Assembly (NCBI GenBank): GCA_965287045.1
Contig: OZ336874.1
Span: forward strand, 85,312,001 to 85,376,000
DNA from: Carcharhinus amblyrhynchos
Lineage: Eukaryota
Length of the DNA: 64,000 nucleotides
Reading direction: 5' to 3'
The notes beneath the pieces are model-generated. The model saw nothing but the letters and a program-made list of their open reading frames with translations, did not search any database and had not been told where the DNA came from. Below are positions 46,881-60,410 of this stretch, one piece after another; positions within the stretch are counted from its first letter, which is position 1; the number at the start of each line of letters is the position of its first letter. Made by a program: the position numbers and the translations under genes.

Positions 46881-49800
46881 AACTATAAAATACTATGAAG
46901 TAGGTTGCAGAGCAGCTATTTAGCAATACTTAATAAAAACATCAAGGGGAATTTGTAACAACTTCCTTAACTTTTATGAAGATTTTACATATCATATGAG
47001 GGACTACTCATTGAGAGACTACTAATAGAAATAAAATGTTTGGAATTGGGAATGTGGAACGGATCTGTTGCTCAGCCTTTTCTTTGTAACCAGTTAATAC
47101 GAGGTGAGTGAAGGAGAGAGAGGAAGACCAAGGGTGATTTGCCTCTTGTTTATTTGTCTTTCCTCTCTGCAGGAAAACACTATATCCTCTGCTCGGCACG
47201 CCTGAGATTCAGAACCCAATGTTTGGAACACTGGTCAGTGTGATTTTTGCAGGATAAACAAATAACTTAATGTTTGTGACGCTCATGAGACCTGAAACCA
47301 AGTAAAATCAATTAAAAGTCTTGAGTGAAAATCTTTCCCTATTTAGACAGGGGATGTTTGCTATCAAGAGTTGTTAGAAGTCCCTAATGGCCAGAAGAAA
47401 CTGATATCCATTACAGGTTTCTTTTTGGGTCATAACATTATCTGTCTGTCATTTTCATGAAGCCTCTTACATACCTTATGCCAATCTGTGGTATGTGTGC
47501 AAAAAAATACATTTTGGTGGAAATATGCATTGATCTTCAGCCACTGTGAGTATCAAGGCTGCCCATTCCTAACCACAGCTCCAAACATGTGTTGCTAGTC
47601 ATAGCTATGCTATCTAGTAGAGATAGTTAGCAGGTGCCAGGCACTTTTCCACCACAAACAATTTTAGCAATATCAAAGTACAAGGCATCCTGCCATACTG
47701 GACACTGATCATGGACTTTGGACAGATAATGTACTGAAGCCGTTAGCCAGGCAATGATGCAGAGCTTATACAGGAGAGAGAGAACAGTTAAATATCGGGT
47801 AAAAAAGACATTTAAAAAAGAGTGGCTGACCCAACCCCACAAAATAAAAGCCAGCTGATCTACAATTCCACACATGTGTACCAATAAACCAAAGCGGTTT
47901 GATTTTCATTCCACTTATTTACTAGCCACTACTGAATTAAAGATGTGGGCTTTGTCCTTTAGTTATTGCAAACTGCACTGCATGACTTCAACATTGGCAT
48001 GAACTTTTCATATTTTCTCTTACACCTTTGGACCTCTAGGTTTAACTCATTTTCCCTACCGAAGTCATTTCAGTATAGTTTATGAAATAATCAATAAATC
48101 CTTTGCAGGTATGCCCCACCTCTAATAATGCATGATGCATCTGTACTGGAAAGGGAAGGCAGCGATGGTCGTGGTAGTTGTGGGGTGGTGGAGGGGGGAG
48201 GGAGGACTTGTTTCATCCCCTTTTTCCTAATAAAAAAGAAAATATAGAACAGATGTGCAATAAATTCTTTTGCACTCTCCAGAAAGGTTATCATATGAAA
48301 CCAATAAAGACATATATTCAAGAACGTTAAAGACATATTTTTATTTGCATTGACATTTAAAGGAAAAGGTTGATATGAAATTATGACTTACACATATGAA
48401 TTCCATTTCAGTACATATTATTTTACGTTTGCTTTTCATAGGTGTATTTTCATTTGAAGAATGCATTTTTATTTATAATCACATAATTAAGAAAAAAACC
48501 AGAATACCTCTATTATCTTAATTGCATTTAAGAATTAGTACACCAACAGGTCCTCAAAAATTTACATCTCACAGGTTTTATGAAAGAAAATATAATTTGT
48601 GATCAACCTCACTGTTCTAGGGCAGAGCAGGAGAGATGTAGGAGAGTCCACTACTCCGCCATTGCAATGTTTCGCAGACCAGTAGGATCGTTTTCTCTCT
48701 GTAATTCCTCATACACAGAGATCCTGATCTCATGTTTGCTGTAAAAGGAAGATACTGGACATTTGATGAGTTGTTTCCCCAAATGGAATGTAAAAAGAAA
48801 ATCAGAGGACAAATCACCCTAAGCTATTCTTGCTTTCTCCCTGGCAGCCAGCTCAGAATTACTACTATCAGACACCAAGACATTAATCACTCTCCGAGGT
48901 GGGGGTGGAGGGGGAAGGTGGGGGGGTGGGCAGTTAGGAGGGCCTAAGCAAATGAAGAGAGTAAAGTAACACAGGCATAAAAGCAATAAAAAGTGAGAAT
49001 GAGAAAGATTGCTATCTGTCAAACTAAGCATGATTGTTACATGGTAAAGGTGAGATTTCAATACTCAAGTTGTATTTTTATCTTGGCTTTTCATTATTTT
49101 TTAGCTACGATCATTCTGGCTGTGGGCTAACATAATATAATGCCATATAATGCCACATTATAATAGGGTTCTTGGACTTCTGGAGCATCAAGTAAGAGAT
49201 CTGAGACCATATTGCAGTTATAAGTGAAGGAAAATCAAGATGGCATCATTTTGTGTATGGTTGTTAAATAATACATACTTCTGATGTTTGTGAAAGTTAA
49301 ATTAATTAAATTCATTCTTCACTAATTTCTGCAGCAAGAAAATTGACCCAACATTTTCAGGAACATAGGGTATTGAGACTACAGAAGGCATTATGTAAAT
49401 GTAAGTTCTTTCTTTCTAGTGGGTCTTGCTGAATAGGTACAGAATAATAACCAGTTGACATCAAAAAGCATTTATGTGTTGTAAATTAGTCTTATACACA
49501 AATCAATAAATATGTTCGCATAATATGTGCACTATTGTTCACATGACATTTGATAACTTTTTTTAACAACACAGGAATAGAGTTAACAGTTTAGTAAGGG
49601 CATACATAAAGAACTAACATGCAACAAAAGTGTAATCATGTATATTTAATCAACTGCCCAGCAGTAAGATGCATCTTGTATAAAATCTTGGTCATCTGCC
49701 AAATAAGTGATGAAGGTACACAATGAGCACATCTCAGTAATCATGTCAAGGTGCCTCTGCCACTCCCTGCTACCCCCACACCCCAGTGGGGTAAATGTGT

Positions 49801-51688
49801 TTCTGAACCACACCCCATCTGAGCAGTTCCAAGCTGGTGAAACTGAATCAATGCAGCTCAGCAAATACTAGTGATAAATAGCTTTGTGATTTAGATAGTC
49901 AAGCTTCACTTAATGCTGAAATTTGAACTGTTTGAGGTGCTGGACTATTGTACACATGACTTACACTTTTAATTGAAGGGTTAGTTATAATAGTTGGAGC
50001 ATTAAAATACTTGGAGTAAGATTTTATTTGTCCTGCTTGGACAGCGGACCACTTGTCTGTTGGGGTGCCCACCTGAAAGTAAGATGAATTCTGCAATGGG
50101 TAGGCAATCTGCTCTGCCAGCTTACTATCCATATGCTGAAGATATCCCTTGGTATTGGTTCAAGGACTTCCCCAGCCTTTTAGTAAGTCCTATCTGCTTA
50201 ACTCAAACCTCTTTCCAACATTTCTAATCCTCCTTGTGTGTAGGTTTCCTGGTTGAGAGTAACAGTATTTTGCTTAATTTCCCTACTCAAATAAAGAACA
50301 AAGTCAACAGGACATGACAATTACAGATGGCATTCACCACATGGAACAAGCACACCAGAAAATCCCACCATTTTATCAGAGTCCATTATTCGCTCATTTT
50401 CTGTCAAGAGTTTGTGATTACAGATTACTTGATTGACTCACTGGACATCTGCAAAGTGAATTCCAGAACAGGTTTGTTTCACCTCACAATTATCAGACCA
50501 TGTTGCAATTCCTCACAACAATTGAATGCCTATAGCAGAACAAATTATAAATTAAGGTCTTGGTTTGTTTGCAATATACATTTTTAAGCATACAATTCAT
50601 TTCAATTACAAATAATTATTTATTTGCCAAAGAAGAAAACTTAGGTACAGAATGTCTCCATATTTAGTTACTTCTCTTCTTTACTCATTTTTGTTGTAGA
50701 TTGTCTCAGTGTGAACTTCCTGCAATAGTCATCGTTAAACCATTCATGATGGGCAATGCTAGATTAACACACTGAGTTTTTGTTAACAAGACACACACGT
50801 TTAATCATCTCAGTCATGGCACACCTGGCTTTTGCATAAGATTTAATTGTCTAGCTCAAAATGATCATTTTTTTTAACCTACCTGGATTCAATGTGCCGT
50901 CTACTGATAAGCACCACAAAATGCAGGAATTTGCTACATGTAAAACGCAACGTGTAGTAATCCTCATCCAAGCTTGTGGTGTATTTTACTTTGGTTATGC
51001 ATTAAGAAGTTAATAAGAAAAGAAGAATTTCACTTTATCCCCGTGACTCTGTAGAATTTCAGGAATCTTCATTGTTTTCAACACTGCCGTAGTTCCTTGT
51101 CTATGGAGGTCCACAGATCAATTACTTCAACCTCACTGTACTGCAGGCACCACAAAGCACCAGGTAAAAGCTTTCTGCAAATAAAAGTCGACTCCAAACT
51201 GCATTGCTGAAGCTCCATTAAAATTCTATCCTTGAAGCCAGCCCCCCTTTACGTTGGAGGTTCCAAGATGCAACTGGGGATGTTATTTTGGATTTATAAA
51301 CATGTGTAATGTTGTTTACCAATCATGCCTGTGTTACCCCAATTATTGGGATATCTGTGTATAGCTCTAATTAACTAAGAGTAATCTAGTTCAAAAGAGA
51401 CAATGCTAAATGCTCAAAGAAAGTATATATTTTTTGTTTCCATTAACATTGCAAAATGAAAACTTATTTGAGAAAGCCTGCCACTGTCAATAATTAAAAG
51501 TAATTGCTTCATAAATTTGTGGTTGCCAGCATTTTCTAAATCATTAGAGGGTGACTGAAATCAAAAACTTTAAATTTACACAAGACAAAAATTTCCATTT
51601 TTTAAATTTAATTGAGATCTTGGCTCCGAAGCTTATAAAAGATGAAAGAGGCAACATATTTTAATAAGGTTAAAATCCAGCATTTACA

Positions 51689-51921
51689 AAGTCAAAGGTT
51701 ATACATGTGCTGGTCCAGAGTTTAACTGCAGGATGAGTTAAGGTTCAGATGCTTCTGTGACAACACAGGGTCAGGCGACTTGGATACATCTTTCCAAGCT
51801 GTTCCTGAAGAATAAATGGGTTGTTTGCACACAGGGCGGCTAGCTATCTTTTCTGTTGATTTCAAGTCCAAAATGAATTGAGTGCCAGTGTCACAGGTCA
51901 AAGGTGAGAGGTGAGGGGTCG
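51689..51921 (+). promoter_or_regulatory. Candidate distal enhancer with clustered DR1 nuclear receptor sites
   Basis: GTGTCA-c-AGGTCA-a-AGGTGA-g-AGGTGA-g-GGGTCG (51888-51921), AAGTCA-a-AGGTTA (51689-51701), GAGTTA-a-GGTTCA (51735-51747), GGGTCA (51768-51773), in non-repeat sequence. Confidence 0.55.
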
Positions 51922-54114
51922 TCCTGGGCCTTCCTTTATGCACGCTTATGGATTGCACTCCGGATTTGTTTCTTGTATATAGGAAATCTCCACCAGTTCT
52001 TGAGTGAAGTGAACTACGAGAAAAGATGGGCAGGGATCCATCTGAAGCACTTTTGGGACAATGTATTTCTTTACCATATCTCTAGAATACAAAACAAAAT
52101 ACAAATGTGTCAGTGTATCAGTGTACTATTTTGTTTTAAATAACAACATGTTACCTAAACAAAAACACTTGTTTGCATTGCTGTTAACAGAAAACCGGTC
52201 ATGAATTTCCAGTATGTGTTGCTGGCAGGCAAGACTTCCTGCTGGCAACACACACTTGTAAAACTACCACTACAGAGTAATGGACACCATGCAGTGAGCA
52301 GCAATGATATAATCAAGACCATTGCCTTACAGCGACTGAATAAGTTTTTAATCACATGGGATTTTGGGATTTTTTTAATTAATGGGTTGAGGATTATATC
52401 CTGTGAATCTGTTCATTTATAATTAGGGCCTTTGGTTTATGGCGACTGAAGTAGTTATTTTTCATTTTATTACAAGGTTTTCAGGATTTTCTTTCGTTGG
52501 TCTTCATATCCTATGGTTTCAGCCATAGTTTTGATCTCAGCTATGATCTAATTGAGCCAATTTAGCTGATATCATAAATCACTACACCAGGGTCAGACAT
52601 TAAATTTTTGGCTTTAATTCACTCCTCACATAGAGCTAGATTTTTCACCCATTGACTGCAAATGTGGTTTTTTTGTGTTGCAAATTAAAGCTGGAATATT
52701 TCACATCCTTTAAGAATTTCAGTGTCTCACTGATGTACAGGCTTTAGGTCTTTTTGTGATGAGCAGCATGAGTTGATAGAATCGTATATTTTAAAATTTA
52801 GCAAAGATGTGAAGTAAAGTTGTCAGTAATCGTTTTGAGATTTGATATTAATGCAGCAATTTCCATTTCTATGGAACAGGTGTATTTTGTGCTGCATTAG
52901 TCAATTCACATTTGAAAGTTAGACACTCCTGTCTTTCACAAGGGGTATCATAATTATTTATGATGTTCTACCTCGAGCAATTTAAGGACTGTCCACTTTT
53001 AGTTCTTTAAACATCAGGACAAGAAAGGAGGTTACTTTGCATTGAGATGTCTTGTACCTGCACCTATGTACCAGAGATACCTATAAACCTTTGGGTGTCA
53101 CACATTGGAAGCCATAGCTCTAGGGCAGAACAATATAAAATTTGCTTCAAAGCAAATAAACTGAACCAAAGTTTCAGAAAACAATTGAAGTAATATTTGC
53201 TCTGACAGTTAATAAGAATTGTAATTACTAAAATATAAACTTGCCTGTGTCTGCAAAGACCCACTCATATCCGGACAAGTTTTTGACACATTCATCAGAG
53301 ACTTATATGGACCTTTGGTTCATTTAAAAAATACTTGCTTCTTGCTATTCAAAATCCTATATTATATTTGCTATAAATCAAGAGGCACTCCTTACATCAA
53401 AAAATATTTTTAGAAAATATATAAAATGACTAGAATTGCTAGATTTGATGTAGCACTGAGGAAATGCACTGCCTTTAAACTCATATTAAATAAAAAGATT
53501 TTTATTTCTATAACGTATGGTTTCATGGATGGGCAGATGTGACCCTTGTGCTTGTAAGTCCCATTAGATGAGTTCCTGATCTCCCTTTTGGTGTCAGGGA
53601 TAAGCAATGAGCAGCGAAGACATGGTTCCCCACATGGAGGAAGGAAAATCACCTCAGCTATGTTTCCATTCCTCAAGGCATTGGGAGAGGAACGAGAGCT
53701 ACTTGTCTGTCACCCATTATTGCTCATAGCAGGGAAGCATGGGGAAAATGAAATGGAACAAAGGAGGCAGAAATGCATTTTATAAGATGGACAAGTCTCA
53801 ATGTTTGTTAACTTAAAGATTTTATAGAGCTAAATTATTGTTGGATCACTCAAGAAATTCCAGGCTCTTCATATTTAAATCCTACAGAGGTGACCCTACC
53901 TGCAATAATCAAGGGACTCCCCATGAGAGGGTCTCTGATAAAGAGACATGTTAAAAGGGGCACTGGCAAAGTGGATTGACCTCCTGACCATGGAAGATGC
54001 ACATGTGCTAATTGAAGCATGGGAAACAAAGAAGATGAAATTATTCAAAGTCAGGAGCATGAACTAAGTTCACAGAAATTGGCTGCAGGTTTGATAAACT
54101 TTCCAATTTACTTA

Positions 54115-54415
54115 TAAAGTTTAAAGTTTATTTAATAGTGTCACCAGTAGGCTTACATTAACACTGCAATGAGGTTAATGTGAAAATCCCTAAGTCGACA
54201 CATTCCTGTGCCTGTTTAGGTAGACTGAGGGAGAATTTAGCATGCCCAGCGCGTCTTTCGGAGTGTGGGAGGAAACTGGAGCACCCGAAGGAAACCCATG
54301 CATACATGGGGGGAACATGCAGACTCTGCGCAGACAATGATCCAAGTTGGGAGTCGAGCCTGGGTCCCTGGCACTGTAAAGCAGCAATGCTAACCACTGT
54401 GCCACCGTGCCACCC
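54115..54415 (-). mobile_element. V-SINE, full length, tail type B
   Basis: Head GGGTGGCACGGTGGCACAGTGGTTAGC, V-core, tail B ending TAAATAAACTTTAAACTTT. Confidence 0.9.
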
Positions 54416-55182
54416 ATGGCATTGGTCTATTGACACAGTCCAAATTTCTTAAGCTGTTAGGAAACTCAAGAATTGGATGGAGTGGCTGGCCTTCAGAGAG
54501 GAATACAAAGTGACATAGGCTGTTACAGGTCCTGTGGGAATTAAATGCTCTGAATAGGGTCAGTTCTGGAATAGTGGTAGCCATGCTTTTGCTATAAATA
54601 TTAGCATTCAGTCCAGGGATATTGGGGATGCAGTTTCCTTTGAAGTGCTGCGCAAGTTTTGGGCAATTTTAAAACCTCAGTAAATATAGGGGGTGGGAGA
54701 TTCTCCAGCCCCATCAGACAGTCCACATGAATCCTTAAGCCCCCACTGAATGGGTTGTTGGCTAAAAATCAGAATTTTGATCTTGCATGAAGGCAATCAG
54801 GATTCACCCAACCCACTCCACTGTCCCCAGACCAGCTGAGAACCCGAAAATTATGCAAACCAGCCAATCGTAATGCATTAATTAGTGAACAGGGTGGCCC
54901 ATTCAGTGGCCACCCACCATGCACCCACCTCCCCAGTGGAAAGTGCACCGGGCAGGCTTTGGTGACAAGTGTGACCAACATGGACTTGGCGTGTTGGACA
55001 ACAAAGAGGGTTCAGTGTTCATGTGCCTTCTGCCGCTACCAGTCTCCAGACGGAGGGTTCCCCAAGGGTCCTGGGGATTGGTGATCTTGGGCTGGGGGCA
55101 AGCCGTTGATCTTGGTACTGTGCCCTGGGATGGGGATCCTGTGGCTAGACTGCTCTTTTTAGCCCTGGCAAGCCAAAGATCA

Positions 55183-55370
55183 TGATGTGGAGATGCCGAT
55201 GTTGGACTGGGGTAAACACAGTAAGAAGTCTCACAACACCAGGTTGAAGTCTCTGATCAAAGTCTTCTCTGATCAGAACTTCCACACACCTGACGAAGGA
55301 ACAGTGTTTCTGAAACCTTGTGGGTTTACTATCAAGTAAACTGGTTGGACTTTAATCTGGTGTTATGAGA
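55183..55370 (+). mobile_element. Penelope-derived element with hammerhead ribozyme core and 10-bp TSD
   Basis: Same start as 38993 (TGATGTGGAGATGCC.ATGTTG.ACTGGGGTAAACA). TSD CCAAAGATCA (55173-55182) / CCATAGATCA (55371-55380). Confidence 0.75.
55287..55322 (+). ncRNA. Minimal type I hammerhead ribozyme motif, probably degenerate
   Basis: CAC-CTGACGA-AGGAAC-AGT-GTTTCT-GAA-ACCT-T-GTG: conserved CUGAnGA and GAAA boxes, 6-bp stem II, CAC/GTG stem I. Confidence 0.55.
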
Positions 55371-55608
55371 CCATAGATCACCCCTGGCATGGAGATTTCA
55401 TGTAACTCCAGGATCAAAAACTTCATTCCTGTCTGGCATCTGTGAAAAGTGGCCTTGTGAGTTTAATCTCCATTTCCCTCTAAACACCTGAAAGGCTTTT
55501 AATTCACAGCAGCATTGCATTCTGCACCAGGAATTTCACTTCCTCTCTGTCAGAAGCTGCTAGTGTAGGCAGACACCTATGAAGCCCTCTGATAGAAAAG
55601 AGATGTTA

Positions 55609-55717
55609 GCCAGAATTTTACCGCCACGTGTGGGTGCGACTCACAGAATGAAATTCTCCGTTGGCCTCAGGCGGGATTTTATGACCTTGCTATGGCAAGG
55701 CTCATAAAATGCCAGCC
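55609..55717 (-). mobile_element. MITE family M1
   Basis: Reverse complement carries ATTTTATGAGCC...TAAAATCCCGCCTGAGGCCAACGGA...GGTAAAATTCTGGC, like the other M1 copies. Confidence 0.6.
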
Positions 55718-56124
55718 ATTACCTTCATTGGGGGAGGTCCCTTCACTACAGCTGTTCACTCAATCCCATTCTGTTCACATAGCTTTTATTTGAAGTTCCT
55801 GAGCCTTTTTGAAAGTTCAGAGTCTTTGAAATATCTTCCAACCCTTTGAGAGCCTTTATTTTTATTCAATCTCAGAGAAATGTTTTTCACTTCTCTGAAA
55901 AGCCAGGCTGGCTAGCATTATTTGCAGGCTGCATGGATTTGCATCCATTAGGTGGGATTTCCAGATGCTGCCAGTGCCAGCTGGAAACGCTCTTGTTTCC
56001 CACTGGTGTGGGCACCCATGCCAATTATGGTGAATTGGGCCTATAGTGTACAGGAACAATTGTTCGGGGGCCAATTTAGGGGGTGAATTTCATCTTGGGT
56101 CTGCCCTGCTGTACTGCTTAATAC

Positions 56125-57256
56125 TGGCAGAAATCCTGTCTGTGGTTCTTTCAACTTTCTGTCGAGTTGCAGTGGGAGATGTGCATCTTCAGCCTTGAAC
56201 AGGAATTTGCGTATGCACCAGGAATGCATGCGCATCTCCCAGAGCCAGTGAACAGTCGCCGGTCAGACCATGCTGGAAACCGGCGGGAAGGCAGGTAAGT
56301 AATTTAAATCTTTTTAAAATATGTTTTAAATATATATATTAGTTCATTATCAGGACATTTCATGTCCCGATTGAATCTCCTACCCCGCCAAGAGTACTTC
56401 ATTTCGGCGGAGTTAGACTAGCTCCCCAAGTTCAGGGAACTAGTGGGAGATACTGCCAGAATGAAGGGGGTGGCACTCGGGGCCCCCAGGGGGTTGGGTG
56501 GCAGGGTGTGGTGCCTCCCTGGGCATTGGCACCCTGGCAGTGCCAGCCTGTGCCCCCTAGCCCTGCCCAAGCAGCAAAGTGTCCATGCCGAGGGAGCACC
56601 TTAGCACTGCCCACCAGCATCGGGCAATGCCAAGGCAGTGGGGCCTACTGTGGGTGGGGCCTTGGGGCAATTGCTGGGGTGGGGGGTCCTGCTGCCACTC
56701 TGCAGACAGTATCAGTCTGTGATAGAGGGAGGGCAATGATTGGGGTGGGCTGGGGGGAAGGGGTGGGGCTACCTCCAGGGAATGGGGTCTGACCCTGGGG
56801 GTGGGTCAGCTGGGGGGAACGTCAGCCAGGATGAGGGGGATCACCACTGCTAAGGGGAGTGGACTGTGTATCGCGGTGCTCTGGGACACGGTGGCAGGTG
56901 GGGGAGGGGGCAGGTCAAGGCTGCTGTAGGAATTGTCCTGGGGGCTGCAATCGGGCCGTGGCAGGGAGGGGGGTATGGGGGGTTTGGAGGGGCAGCATTT
57001 CTGGGGTGCCGGGCCGGCCAGCGATTGGGCTGGCCGTCAAATAGGGAGTCTGACAGATCAGGACCAGTGTGCATGCGCAGAGTTTCAGAACTGCCAGACT
57101 CTGGTGTGAATAGGCCCCGTCTAATGAGATTCATGACTGGGACCTCTGCAATGCACGGAGTGTGGAGATTCAGGTGAAAAGCTGAACAGACAAAACAGTC
57201 AGGATTTAGCTCAGTTCTCCCACCAATTCAGCACTTTTGGGAGAATCGCGGCCCCC
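56125..57256. mobile_element. GC-rich non-autonomous DNA-transposon-like element, relative of 36066-36966
   Basis: Right end TTGGGAGAATCGCGGCCCC; shared GCATGCGCA, AATGAGATTCA and GGCAGTGCCA motifs. Confidence 0.65.
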
Positions 57257-59439
57257 GATTCCGTGTGTTAATGTGGCCTTCATCATATTTACAGCTGCAA
57301 GGTGGGAGAAACCCTGAGAAAATTCACTTTTATTGTTTGTTGCATTCATTCTCTTCAGCGACAGTTACCTCGGTGTTACATTGTGACCACAAGTTGGACG
57401 AGTTGTTCGGCAAGTGCAACTTCTGCAAGGCATGTTGAGTGAGCCCTAAAACAGGTAGGATTCCCTTGTTTTTCTCCTCTGTTTGTGAACTTCCTTTCAT
57501 GTCCGTAAGTGATTGTATCGAGGTACAGTACTGCTTTCTCTGCAACTGCTTCCTTCTGGGCAAATAAACCACTCTGGATTTGTGTTGTGCCAGGAGTGAA
57601 GTGTTCTTTTCCTTCTGTTGTTCTTTCTCATTCCCAACTGTAAGTGATGACTGGAAGTTCCCAGCATCTCTTAAATTATGTGAAGATTGAATGCTCAAGT
57701 TCACAGAATTGTCGTTCTTTTTAGGTTCATCCATGCAGTTAGGATACTCTGTCAAGGTTACACACTGCCATGGATTTCCTTGCCCATGTTGAATGGCTGA
57801 CTGAAAATTTTCCAGATATTTTTTGGTGTTTTCCAGTTCTGTTGCCCGAATCTGAAAATTTGAACATACTTACCATGAAACATAATTTGCACATGTAACA
57901 AAAGATTTATTTCCTACAAAGAATGGCCATTAATAAGCCCCTCTCTCTGACCAGACGGTTATTTTAAGTTTCCCAGCATCACCCCCCTTCATTCCTTCTT
58001 ACTAACAAATTAATTAGAATATGTTATTAGACCCCCCAAGTCAAGCCCAGAACTATAAACCAGACAGGCATTTCTCATAATTACTAATTTCAAACACCTA
58101 TGTTTAAAGTTTCACATCTGTACATATTTCCCATCTTCAAAACTTAATTCCTATTGTCACATTTTTTACCACTTGTTTTGCCACCCTTCTATCAAATGTT
58201 TCTATTATATACTCCTGCACACAGATTTAGAATGAAAACTGGCTATGTAAACTTGTCATGTTGTGATTACACTCTTTGGTTAGTGGTGGCACTGTAGCAC
58301 TTCAGTTTTGCATCTTCTGTATAGTACTTGTTATGAGTAAATACTTTGGCTCAGATTTGATTTTGTTTTTTTCCAACAGGGCATTCAATCTTCTTGGATG
58401 AAAAATTTGAAGATCTCACTGATGTTCCCAAATTTTCTTATTGATGATTGTAACAACTACTTTGAATTGCAGGATATAAATAGTTTGTGATCTCGTTAAT
58501 TGAAAAGCAACTACTAAATAACAATCAATGGAAAATGTCAGTGAATACTTTTTGTACACTTTCCTATAAGTGCTCTAGCAGTGTTACAACATGGGATTAG
58601 ACTGATGCCAATCCCCTTTGAGAAACTTTGCTATCTTGTTTGGGGGGATAGTTTTCAGTTCTTGTGGGGCTGGCAGGATCTTCATTGCTAGGGGGCAGTC
58701 CGAGGCAGCCACAGGATCTGCTAGCTGATGAAAAGGCCCAACGTGGTGCCTTGTTCTAGTTACAGTAAAAACAGAAAGTGCCTCCAGCCCTCACTCCTAA
58801 TAGTCTCCCAATCCCATACACTTCTTATGCCCCATCCATGCTACCTCATGGCCCTTCACCCACCCTCTTTGACCCCATAGCCCTAAGTCATAGCCCCTTA
58901 TACCCTCATTGCCAAGCTATATCCCTCCATCCATTCCCTCCATGGCTTCTCATGCCCCCTATGCCAAGGTACGGAACTTGCATGCCCATTGAACCAATAC
59001 ATATTATTTAGAATCAATTAATTCTATACATGTATGAAAACAGCTTTTTAAAAGTAATTCATGCATTATTTTCCAATATGTTAAAAAAATAGAAGTTTCA
59101 AACATCCAGACCATTTGAAATATCACTAACAGAAACACCAAGCCCTTGAAACCACTTAGCCATGTGTAAGTAAACATTGTGGAATTGAATGCAGAGATCA
59201 GACAGCCTTGTTGTCAATCAATGTTTTCCCTGAGATGCAGCTGTTTCAACAAGTGTAATTGTGGGCCTGTGACATCCCTCATATAAGTCTAGACATCTAT
59301 TACTCTTGTTGAAGATTTGATGAAGACCCCAAAAGAAGAAATTAATACTTACCCTTTCTGAAAAAAGAAACACAAATTAGGCAATAATCTCAATTGGTAG
59401 AGTTCTTAGGTGAAGTACCAAGCAACATTGGTAATGCGA

Positions 59440-59628
59440 AATCTATAGATATGGTATTTTTGGATTTCCAAAAGGAATTTGATAAGGTGCCAGATCAAAG
59501 GCTACTTCAAAAATAAGAGCTCATAATGTAGTAGGTAGAGGATTGGCTAGCTAACAGGAAGCAGAGACTAGGGATAAAAGGCTCATTTTAAGGTTGGCAA
59601 GTTATATTAGTGGAATGACACAGGATCT
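59440..59628 (+). mobile_element. CR1 RT internal fragment
   Basis: IDMVFLDFQKEFDKVP and DWLANRKQRLGI remnants. Confidence 0.8.
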
Positions 59629-59629
59629 C

Positions 59630-60410
59630 TTCATTCTTGCTGGATGGTCATTGCCTACCGCTTGTGTGGCATGAATGTTACTTGCCATTTTTCAGCCCAA
59701 GCCTGAATGTTATCCAAGTCTCGCCACATGTGGACCTAGACTGCTTCAGTATCTGAGGAGCAGTGAATGGTGCTGAACATTATACAATCATCAGCAAACA
59801 TCCCCACTTATGATTTTATGATGGAGAGAAGAACATCGATGAAGCAAGCTGAAGATAGTTGGTCCTAGCACACTACCCCAAGGAATTATATTCTGGGACT
59901 GAGATGATTGATCTTCAACAACCATGACCATCTTCCTTTATGCTAGCTATGATTGCACTCAGTGGAGACTCATCTCTCTGATTCCCATTGACTTCAGTTT
60001 TCCTGGGACGTCTTGATGCACACTCATTCAAGGGCAGTGGCTCTCGCATCACTTCTTGAATTTAGATTTGTTATCAATGTTTGGACCAAGATAGTCAGGA
60101 GCTGAGTGGTCCCGGTGAAACACAAGCTGAATGTCAGTGAGCAGGCCATTGCTGTGCAGGTGTCATTTGATAATTCTGTCCACCGCTTTCCTGATAATTG
60201 AGAGTAGGTTGAAGGGGCGGAAATTGGCCAGGTTGGTTTTATCCTGCCTTCTGTGTACTGAACATACCTGGGCAATTTTCCACTTTGCCCATAAGATTTA
60301 AATGCTGAGTGTACTGAAACAACTTGGCTCGGGGCAAGGCTGGTTCTGTAGCACAAGTCTTCAGCACAGTGCTGGAATGTTTACCAGGGCTGACCGCCTT
60401 TGCAGTATTT
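59630..60410 (-). mobile_element. LINE RT internal fragment, probably the second CR1/L2-group family
   Basis: IPWGSVLGPTIFS and VGMFADDC (FADD at 59798-59787) on minus; WPISAPSTYSQ region in ORF 60024-60356. Confidence 0.8.

Noticed and set aside
54340-54415. tRNA-like A/B box sequences here and at 26800-26869, 46150-46240 and 62500-62560
   Set aside because: These are SINE heads followed by SINE cores and tails, not standalone tRNA genes.
57330-57755. 141-aa minus-strand ORF
   Set aside because: Non-ATG start, no recognisable domain and no exon structure.
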